A stretch of DNA of 14,007 nucleotides from a virus (lineage: Duplodnaviria; Heunggongvirae; Uroviricota; Caudoviricetes): positions 1 through 14,007 of IMG/VR virus record IMGVR_UViG_3300028453_000018. The stretch is one strand, 5' to 3'. How positions within the stretch are numbered: position 1 is the first letter of the stretch; each line of letters starts with the position of its first letter. Both the position numbers and the translations under genes were made by a program. The notes beneath the pieces were generated by a model that was given only the letters and a program-made list of their open reading frames with translations, was not told the DNA's origin and made no database searches. This document shows positions 7,693 to 14,007 of this stretch, piece by piece.

Positions 7693-7710
7693 TGTGCCAT
7701 TTTCCATACA
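7693..7710 (+). promoter_or_regulatory. Candidate Ogr/Delta-type late-promoter activator site (TGT-N12-ACA) upstream of FI
   Basis: TGTGCCATTTTCCATACA: TGT at 7693-7695, a 12-nt spacer, ACA at 7708-7710. Its centre is about 85 nt upstream of the FI ATG; the FI ATG has a GGAGAG SD. Confidence 0.5.
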
Positions 7711-7785
7711 AACCCCATCGCGTGCACCCTGCGTGTATCAACCAGAACATAGACAGACCCCCTCTACAACCGGAGAGACTGCCTT

Positions 7786-8958
7786 ATGGCTCAGGATTAC
7801 CACCACGGGGTGCGCGTTGTTGAAGTCAACGAAGGCACCCGATCCATTACCACGGTGAGCACCGCCATCGTGGGCATGGTCTGCACGGGCGATGATGCCG
7901 ATGCAAAAATGTTTCCTCTTAATAAACCCGTGCTGATCACTGATGTACTGACCGCCAGCGGTAAAGCGGGTGAGTCCGGCACGCTGGCCCGTTCGCTGGA
8001 TGCCATCGCTGACCAGGCAAAACCCGTGACCGTTGTTGTGCGTGTGCCGCAGGGTGAAACGGAAGAAGAAACCACGACTAATATCATCGGCGCAGTGACC
8101 GCTGAAGGTAAAAAAACAGGTATGAAAGCCCTGTTATCTGCCCAGACACAGCTCGGCGTTAAACCGCGCATTCTCGGCGTGCCAGGTCACGATAACAAAG
8201 CCGTTGCGACTGAGTTGCTGAGCGTGGCGCAAAGCCTGCGTGGGTTTGCTTACCTGTCAGCGTATGGCTGCAAGACGGTACAGGAGGCGATCACTTACCG
8301 TGAAAACTTCAGCCAGCGCGAAGGGATGCTGATCTGGCCTGACTTTACTGGCTGGGACACGGTGCTGAATGCCGAAGCAACGGCATATGCCACCGCCCGT
8401 GCGCTCGGTCTGCGCGCCAAAATTGATGAGCAGACGGGGTGGCACAAGAGCCTGTCCAACGTAGGTGTGAACGGTGTCACCGGAATTTCTGCTGATGTGT
8501 TCTGGGATTTGCAGGACCCGGCAACCGATGCAGGTCTGCTGAACCAGAACGACGTCACCACACTTGTGCGTAAAGACGGCTTCCGCTTCTGGGGTTCCCG
8601 CTGCCTGAGTGATGACCCGCTCTTTGCCTTCGAAAACTACACCCGCACGGCGCAGGTGCTGATGGACACGATGGCAGAAGCACACATGTGGGCGGTGGAT
8701 AAACCTCTTAACCCGTCGCTGGCGCGCGACATTATCGAAGGTATCCGCGCCAAAATGCGCAGCCTGGTCAGTCAGGGGTATCTCATTGGTGGTGATTGCT
8801 GGCTGGACGAGTCGGTGAACGACAAAGACACGCTGAAAGCCGGAAAACTCACCATCGACTACGACTACACGCCAGTGCCGCCACTTGAAAACCTGATGCT
8901 GCGTCAGCGCATCACCGATCAGTACCTGGTGAATTTCGCCAGCCAGGTCAGCGCGTAA
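7786..8958 (+). CDS. FI: Contractile tail sheath protein FI
   Basis: 390 aa (P2 FI is about 396 aa); follows a terminator, promoter motif and SD; position before the tube gene. Confidence 0.95.
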   Translation: MAQDYHHGVRVVEVNEGTRSITTVSTAIVGMVCTGDDADAKMFPLNKPVLITDVLTASGKAGESGTLARSLDAIADQAKPVTVVVRVPQGETEEETTTNIIGAVTAEGKKTGMKALLSAQTQLGVKPRILGVPGHDNKAVATELLSVAQSLRGFAYLSAYGCKTVQEAITYRENFSQREGMLIWPDFTGWDTVLNAEATAYATARALGLRAKIDEQTGWHKSLSNVGVNGVTGISADVFWDLQDPATDAGLLNQNDVTTLVRKDGFRFWGSRCLSDDPLFAFENYTRTAQVLMDTMAEAHMWAVDKPLNPSLARDIIEGIRAKMRSLVSQGYLIGGDCWLDESVNDKDTLKAGKLTIDYDYTPVPPLENLMLRQRITDQYLVNFASQVSA

Positions 8959-8967
8959 GGGGACAAC

Positions 8968-9483
8968 ATGGCTTTACCACGCAAATTAAAACACCTGAAC
9001 CTGTTTAACGACGGGAACAACTGGCAGGGGATCGTTGAATCGCTGACGCTGCCGAAATTCACCCGCAAATATGAGAAATATCGCGGCGGCGGAATGCCGG
9101 GTGCAGTGGATGTGGATCTGGGGCTTGATGACAGTGCGCTGGACACAGAATTTTCCATTGGTGGTACTGAACTGCTGCTGTTTAAGCAGATGGGCAAAGC
9201 CACTGTGGATGGCATCCAGCTGCGCTTTACCGGCTCTATCCAGCGTGACGATACCGGGGAAGTGCAGGCCGTGGAGCTTGTGGTGCGTGGTCGTCACAAA
9301 GAAGTGGATTCCGGCGAGTGGAAGACGGGCGAAAGTAACACCACCAAAGTGACCAGTACCAACAGCTACGCGAAGCTGACCATCAATGGTGAGGTGCTCT
9401 ATGAAGTGGACCTTATCAACATGGTGGAAATTGTGGACGGAGTGGACCTGATGGAAGCGCACCGCAACGCCCTTGGCCTCTGA
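8968..9483 (+). CDS. FII: Tail tube protein FII
   Basis: 171 aa (P2 FII is about 172 aa), 9 nt after the sheath stop, with SD GGGGACAAC. Confidence 0.95.
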   Translation: MALPRKLKHLNLFNDGNNWQGIVESLTLPKFTRKYEKYRGGGMPGAVDVDLGLDDSALDTEFSIGGTELLLFKQMGKATVDGIQLRFTGSIQRDDTGEVQAVELVVRGRHKEVDSGEWKTGESNTTKVTSTNSYAKLTINGEVLYEVDLINMVEIVDGVDLMEAHRNALGL

Positions 9484-9537
9484 AGTATCTGAACGGCGCG
9501 GGATTCCGCGCCAGAACCCAATTTACAGGACAACAAA

Positions 9538-9840
9538 ATGAGCGATAAGCAGACTGAAAAGACCATTCAACTGGATACCCCCATCATGCGCGGTAAAACA
9601 GAAATTACCGAAATTGTGTTGCGTAAACCGCAGTCCGGTGCGCTGCGTGGCACACGCCTGCAGGCCATTATGGATATGGATGTGAACGCGATGATGACTG
9701 TGATCCCCCGCATCTCCAGTCCGGCACTGACTGCACAGGAAATCGCAGAGATGGACCCGGCAGATCTCACTGCCATGTCGGTTGAGGTTGTCACTTTTTT
9801 GTTGAAGAAGTCGGTGCTTGCCGGTTTACCGACAGCCTGA
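9538..9840 (+). CDS. E: Tail assembly chaperone E
   Basis: 100-aa ORF between the tube and tape measure genes; it contains the slippery T6G heptamer at 9795-9801 near its 3' end. Confidence 0.85.
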   Translation: MSDKQTEKTIQLDTPIMRGKTEITEIVLRKPQSGALRGTRLQAIMDMDVNAMMTVIPRISSPALTAQEIAEMDPADLTAMSVEVVTFLLKKSVLAGLPTA

Positions 9841-9974
9841 CGGTTGACGATCTGGTGGCAGATATCGCCACCATTTTTCACTGGCCGCCATCCGTTACTG
9901 ACGTTATGCCGCTGACCGAAGTGCTGGAATGGCGGTATAAAGCGATTCAGAGAAGCGGGGCCAACGATGAGTGA
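9538..9974 (+). CDS. E': Tail assembly chaperone E' (E+E' fusion made by a programmed -1 ribosomal frameshift at 9795-9801)
   Basis: The slippery sequence T TTT TTG lies in the E zero frame at 9795-9801. The -1 frame is open from 9801 for 57 codons (VEEVGACRFTDSLTVDDLVADIATIFHWPPSVTDVMPLTEVLEWRYKAIQRSGANDE) and ends at TGA 9972-9974, overlapping the T start codon at 9967. The predicted product is about 145 aa (P2 E+E' is about 142 aa). Confidence 0.7.
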
Positions 9975-12726
9975 TAACAACCTGCGGCTGCAGGTCATTC
10001 TTAATGCGGTTGACAAACTCACCCGCCCATTCCGTGCTGCACAGGCCAGTTCGAAAGAGCTGGCTGGCGCAATCAGAAACTCCCGTGACGCATTAAAGCA
10101 ACTCAATCAGGCGGGTAACAGCCTGGAAAAATTTCGCAAGCTGCAGGCCGATAACAAGAAGTTAGGCGACAGGCTGAACTATGCCAGACAGAAGGCTAAT
10201 TTGCTTAGCTCTGAGCTGGAGGCGATGGAACAACCATCACAACGGCACCTTGTGGCTTTAGGTCGGCAAACGCTGGCAGTCCAACGCCTGGAAGAACAAC
10301 AAAAATATTTGCAGAAGCAAACGGCGCTTGTGCGTGCAGAACTGTACCGGGCGGGAATTTCTGCGAAAGATGATGCGGGAGCAACTGCCCGTTTAGCCCG
10401 TGAAACATCACGTTATAACCAGGAATTGTCGAAACAGGAGGCGCGGCTGAAGCGACTGGGTGAAGCTCAGCGCAGGATGAATGCGGCGCGTGCCAGTTAT
10501 GCCCGTTCGCTGGAGGTGCGCGATCGTATTGCAGGTGCCGGAGCCACTACCACGGCTGCAGGTCTGGCAATGGGGACGCCAGTGATGGCGGCAGTAAAAA
10601 GCTATACCAGCATGGAAGATGCCATGAAAGGTGTGGCAAAGCAGGTCAATGGTCTGCGTGACGATAATGGCAACCGCACTGCACGTTTTTATGAAATGCA
10701 GGATGCCATCAAGGCTGCCAGCGAACAGTTGCCGATGGAAAAAGGTGCGGTGGACTTCGCTGCACTGGTTGAAGGTGGTGCGCGCATGAACGTCGCAAAC
10801 CCTGACGACAGCTGGGAAGACCAGAAACGTGATCTGCTGGCCTTCGCCAGCACGGCGGCAAAGGCGGCAACAGCCTTTGAGCTGCCAGCGGATGAACTGT
10901 CAGAAAGTCTGGGAAAAATCGCCCAGCTCTACAAAATCCCTACCCGCAATATTGAACAGCTCGGTGATGCGCTGAACTATCTGGATGATAACGCCATGTC
11001 GAAAGGGGCAGACATCATTGATGTGATGCAACGCCTGGGCGGTGTGGCTGATCGTCTGGATTATCGTAAAGCGGCGGCGCTGGGTTCCACCTTCCTGACA
11101 CTGGGTGCTGCGCCGGAGGTTGCAGCCAGTGCAGCAAACGCGATGGTGCGTGAGTTGTCCATTGCCACCATGCAAAGCAAGAGTTTCTTTGAAGGGATGA
11201 ATCTGCTGAAACTCAATCCTGAAGTGATTGAAAAGCAGATGACGAAGGATGCGATGGGAACCATCCAGCGCGTGCTGGAGAAGGTGAACGCACTGCCGCA
11301 GGACAAGCGTCTGTCTGCCATGACCATGTTGTTTGGTAAAGAGTTTGGTGATGACGCGGCGAAACTGGCAAACAACCTGCCGGAACTGCAGCGCCAGCTA
11401 AAACTGACAGCGGGCAATGATGCGCTCGGTTCCATGCAGAAAGAATCCGACATCAACAAAGACTCACTTTCTGCTCAGTGGTTGCTGGTCAAAACCGGAG
11501 CGCAGAACACCTTCAGCAGCCTGGGTGAAACGCTGCGCCAGCCGCTGATGGATATTCTGTACACGGTGAAAAGCATCACGGGAGCGTTGCGCCGCTGGAT
11601 GGAAGCTAACCCGGAACTGACAGGCACACTGATGAAAGTAGCGGCTGTTGTGGCTGCGGTTACCGTAGGCCTCGGCACCTTAGCGGTGGCGCTGGCTGCA
11701 GTGCTGGGGCCGCTGGCAGTCATCCGTCTGGGATTCTCTGTGCTGGGTATCAAAACGTTACCTTCCGTTACGGCAGCAGTAACACGAACCAGCAGCGCGT
11801 TGTCCTGGTTAGCTGGCGCTCCACTGGCACTGCTGCGACGCGGGCTTGCTTCATCGGGCAACGCAGCGGGTTTACTTACTGCGCCGTTGTCGTCTTTGCG
11901 CCGCACGGCATCACTGACGGGGAATGTCCTGAAAACTGTAGCAGGTGTGCCGGTTGCACTGTTGCGGTCTGGATTATCCGGTTTACGTGCTGTTGCTGTG
12001 ATGTTTATGAATCCTCTGGCGGTACTGCGCGGTGGACTGTCTGCCGCAGGCGCGGTGCTGCGAGTACTGGCATCCGGTCCGCTGGCGATGCTGCGCGTTG
12101 CCCTGTATGCCATATCTGGTCTGTTAGGTGCTCTGCTCAGTCCGATAGGTCTTGTGGTTACTGCACTGGCGGGTGTGGCGCTGGTTGTCTGGAAATACTG
12201 GCAACCCATCACCGCATTTCTCGGTGGCGTGGTGGAAGGATTCAAAGCGTCGACAGGTCCCATCAGTGCTGCATTCGAACCACTTAAGCCTGTGTTTCAG
12301 TGGATTGGCGACAAAGTGCAGGCGTTGTGGGGTTGGTTTACTGATCTGCTGACGCCTGTTAAGTCGACCTCTGCTGAACTGCAGAGCGCAGCGGCAATGG
12401 GGCGACGATTCGGGGAGGCTCTGGCGGAGGGGCTGAATATGGTCATGCATCCGCTGGACTCCCTGAAATCCGGTGTTTCCTGGTTGCTGGATAAACTCGG
12501 CATTGTCAGTAAAGAAGCTGCAAAGGCGAAACTGCCGGAAAGCGTGACGCGTCAGCAACCTGCGACGGTGAATGCAGACGGTAAAGTGATGATGCCATCG
12601 GGTGGTTTTCCATCATGGGGATATGGCTTTGCGGGGATGTATGACAGCGGCGGCTATATCCCGCGCGGGCAGTTTGGCATCGTCGGTGAAAACGGGCCGG
12701 AAATTGTTAACGGCCGGCAAATGTGA
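9967..12726 (+). CDS. T: Tail tape measure protein T, N-terminal 919 codons, ending at an apparently premature in-frame TGA
   Basis: Long ORF with an alpha-helical, Q/A/R/E-rich N-terminal half and a hydrophobic repeat region (PLALLRRGL, PVALLRSGL, PLAVLRGGL, PLAMLRVAL), sitting between E' and U as in P2. The frame stops at 12724-12726, but the coding signal continues in the -1 frame. Confidence 0.85.
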   Translation: MSDNNLRLQVILNAVDKLTRPFRAAQASSKELAGAIRNSRDALKQLNQAGNSLEKFRKLQADNKKLGDRLNYARQKANLLSSELEAMEQPSQRHLVALGRQTLAVQRLEEQQKYLQKQTALVRAELYRAGISAKDDAGATARLARETSRYNQELSKQEARLKRLGEAQRRMNAARASYARSLEVRDRIAGAGATTTAAGLAMGTPVMAAVKSYTSMEDAMKGVAKQVNGLRDDNGNRTARFYEMQDAIKAASEQLPMEKGAVDFAALVEGGARMNVANPDDSWEDQKRDLLAFASTAAKAATAFELPADELSESLGKIAQLYKIPTRNIEQLGDALNYLDDNAMSKGADIIDVMQRLGGVADRLDYRKAAALGSTFLTLGAAPEVAASAANAMVRELSIATMQSKSFFEGMNLLKLNPEVIEKQMTKDAMGTIQRVLEKVNALPQDKRLSAMTMLFGKEFGDDAAKLANNLPELQRQLKLTAGNDALGSMQKESDINKDSLSAQWLLVKTGAQNTFSSLGETLRQPLMDILYTVKSITGALRRWMEANPELTGTLMKVAAVVAAVTVGLGTLAVALAAVLGPLAVIRLGFSVLGIKTLPSVTAAVTRTSSALSWLAGAPLALLRRGLASSGNAAGLLTAPLSSLRRTASLTGNVLKTVAGVPVALLRSGLSGLRAVAVMFMNPLAVLRGGLSAAGAVLRVLASGPLAMLRVALYAISGLLGALLSPIGLVVTALAGVALVVWKYWQPITAFLGGVVEGFKASTGPISAAFEPLKPVFQWIGDKVQALWGWFTDLLTPVKSTSAELQSAAAMGRRFGEALAEGLNMVMHPLDSLKSGVSWLLDKLGIVSKEAAKAKLPESVTRQQPATVNADGKVMMPSGGFPSWGYGFAGMYDSGGYIPRGQFGIVGENGPEIVNGRQM

Positions 12727-13043
12727 CCAGCCGGAGAAATACAGCTGCACTGGCTGCCGTTGTTGCCGGAATGATGGGCGTTGCTGCCGCGCCAGCAGAG
12801 CTTCCACCGTTGCACCCTTTGGCACTTCCCGCGAAAGGTGGAGAAGCGATGGTGAGTCGCGCAGCCACTGTGCCGCTCGTTCAACGGATTGAGGCACCGA
12901 CGCAGATCATCATTCAGACGCAGCCAGGACAAAGTGCGCAGGATATTGCGCGGGAGGTGGCACGCCAGCTTGATGAACGTGAACGCAGGCTGAAGGCAAA
13001 AGCCAGGAGTAACTACAGCGATCAGGGGGGATACGACGCATGA
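12711..13043 (+). CDS. T: Probable C-terminal segment of tape measure protein T in the -1 frame (frameshifted or pseudogenised 3' end)
   Basis: This frame is open from 12711, just after a TAA at 12708-12710, to TGA 13041-13043, and its stop overlaps the U start codon (ATGA at 13040-13043) in the way P2 junctions do. The T frame and this frame overlap only across 12711-12723. Confidence 0.6.
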   Translation, partial: RPANVTSRRNTAALAAVVAGMMGVAAAPAELPPLHPLALPAKGGEAMVSRAATVPLVQRIEAPTQIIIQTQPGQSAQDIAREVARQLDERERRLKAKARSNYSDQGGYDA

Positions 13044-13525
13044 TGATGGTGCTGGGATTGTACGTGTTTATGCTGCGCACCGTTCCGTATCAGGAACTGC
13101 AGTATCAACGCAGCTGGCGACATGCGGCAAACAGTCGGGTAAACCGACGTCCGTCCACGCAATTTCTGGGACCGGAAAACGACATGCTGACGCTTTCCGG
13201 TGTTCTTATGCCGGAGATAACAGGCGGCAGGCTGTCGTTGCTGGCACTGGAGCAGATGGCAGAACAGGGGAAAGCATGGCCCCTGATTGAAGGCAGCGGC
13301 ACGATTTACGGCATGTATGTGATTGAGGGACTGAATCAGACTAAAACGGAGTTTTTCCGCGACGGTATGCCGCGCCGGATTGAGTTCACCCTGTCGCTCA
13401 AACGAGTCGATGAATCCCTGTCCGATATGTTCGGTGATCTCAGTGCGCAACTGAATAATCTGCAGGACACGGCAACGTCTGCCTTAAGCGATATCAGTAA
13501 AACGGTGGGAGGGCTGCTGTCGTGA
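13040..13525 (+). CDS. U: Tail protein U (P2 gpU-like)
   Basis: 161 aa (P2 gpU is about 159 aa); position after T; stop overlaps the GTG of the next gene. Confidence 0.9.
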   Translation: MMMVLGLYVFMLRTVPYQELQYQRSWRHAANSRVNRRPSTQFLGPENDMLTLSGVLMPEITGGRLSLLALEQMAEQGKAWPLIEGSGTIYGMYVIEGLNQTKTEFFRDGMPRRIEFTLSLKRVDESLSDMFGDLSAQLNNLQDTATSALSDISKTVGGLLS

Positions 13526-14007
13526 ATTTCAGCTCTGAACTGCTTAACAAAGGCAACAAAACTCCCGCATTCAGCATCAGTATTGAGGGCAGGGATATCA
13601 CCACTGTGCTGGATAACCGCCTGATGAGTTTGACGCTGACGGATAACCGGGGCTTTGAAGCGGACCAGCTTGATCTGGAGTTGGATGACGCTGACGGAAA
13701 AATCGTGCTGCCGCGCCGTGGTGCGGTCATTACGCTGGCGCTGGGCTGGAAGGGGCAGCCGCTTTTCCCGAAAGGGGCATTCACAGTGGACGAGATTGAA
13801 CACACTGGCGCACCGGACCGCCTGACTATCCGGGCGCGAAGTGCTGATTTTCGGGAAACGCTGAATACCCGCCGTGAAAAATCGTGGCATAAGACCACCG
13901 TCGGGGAAGTGGTGAAGGAAATAGCCGCGCGGCACAAGCTGAAGATGGCACTGGGAAAAGACCTGCCGTCACTCTCATTAGTCTGGTGTATATGCTCCAC
14001 GGGCTTA
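13522..14007 (+). CDS. D: Tail protein D (late control gene D family), 5' portion only; continues beyond the window
   Basis: GTG at 13522 overlaps the U stop (GTGA). The frame is open to the window end (VNFSSELLNKGNKTPAFSISIEGRDITTVLDNRLMSLTLTDNRGFEADQLDLELDDADGK...), the position after U matches P2, and the N-terminal motif resembles the Phage_GPD family. Confidence 0.75.
   Translation, partial: MNFSSELLNKGNKTPAFSISIEGRDITTVLDNRLMSLTLTDNRGFEADQLDLELDDADGKIVLPRRGAVITLALGWKGQPLFPKGAFTVDEIEHTGAPDRLTIRARSADFRETLNTRREKSWHKTTVGEVVKEIAARHKLKMALGKDLPSLSLVWCICSTGL

Noticed and set aside
9071-9352. 93-aa alternative-frame + strand ORF inside tail tube gene FII
   Set aside because: Fully nested in the well-supported FII frame; Trp/Cys-rich and implausible as a protein.
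11475-12263. 262-aa ORF on the minus strand inside the tape measure gene
   Set aside because: Entirely antisense to a well-supported structural gene. Its Pro/Arg/Ser/Thr/Ala-rich low-complexity translation is typical of the reverse frame of a GC-rich gene, and there is no RBS or operon context.
12602-12892. 96-aa + strand ORF in the third frame across the end of T
   Set aside because: Cys/Arg-rich translation, and it does not end in the coupled overlap with U. The 12711-13043 frame explains this region better.
13336-14000. Two overlapping minus-strand ORFs (199 and 168 aa) opposite U and D
   Set aside because: Antisense to the conserved U and D tail genes; Arg/Ser-rich composition; judged to be spurious open frames.
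13975-14007. Slightly AT-richer final 30 nt of the window (TCATTAGTCTGGTGTATATGC...) that could hint at a junction inside gene D
   Set aside because: The D reading frame stays open through it, and the stretch is too short to distinguish from normal variation; it cannot be assessed without sequence beyond the window.
1-14007. Searched for tRNA, CRISPR repeats, IS/transposase genes, integrase or att sites, and inserted defence or toxin cargo
   Set aside because: None seen. Every intergenic gap is under 140 bp, all genes follow P2 order with overlapping start/stop junctions, and there are no direct-repeat arrays or minus-strand gene blocks.

Overview
The window is a contiguous block of late (lysis and tail morphogenesis) genes from a P2-like temperate myovirus, most likely an enterobacterial prophage, all on the + strand and in canonical P2 order: 3' end of capsid completion gene L, tail gene X, holin, endolysin, LysA-like membrane protein, overlapping Rz/Rz1-type spanins (lysB/lysC), tail completion R and S, baseplate V-W-J-I, tail fiber H and its chaperone G, sheath FI, tube FII, chaperones E and E' (programmed -1 frameshift), tape measure T, U, and the 5' end of D. 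Calls rest on reading the supplied translations and on the strongly conserved P2 synteny with overlapping ATGA/GTGA junctions; no database search was run. I found no tRNA, CRISPR, IS element or minus-strand gene, and no inserted cargo or defence system: the G-FI spacer, a cargo site in P2 itself, holds only a terminator and a late-promoter motif. The points most worth a second look are a tape measure ORF split by a one-base frame break near its 3' end, a P1 Lyz-like SAR endolysin with a cysteine at the catalytic Asp position, a compositionally distinct tail fiber host-range module, and two TGT-N12-ACA late-promoter operators.
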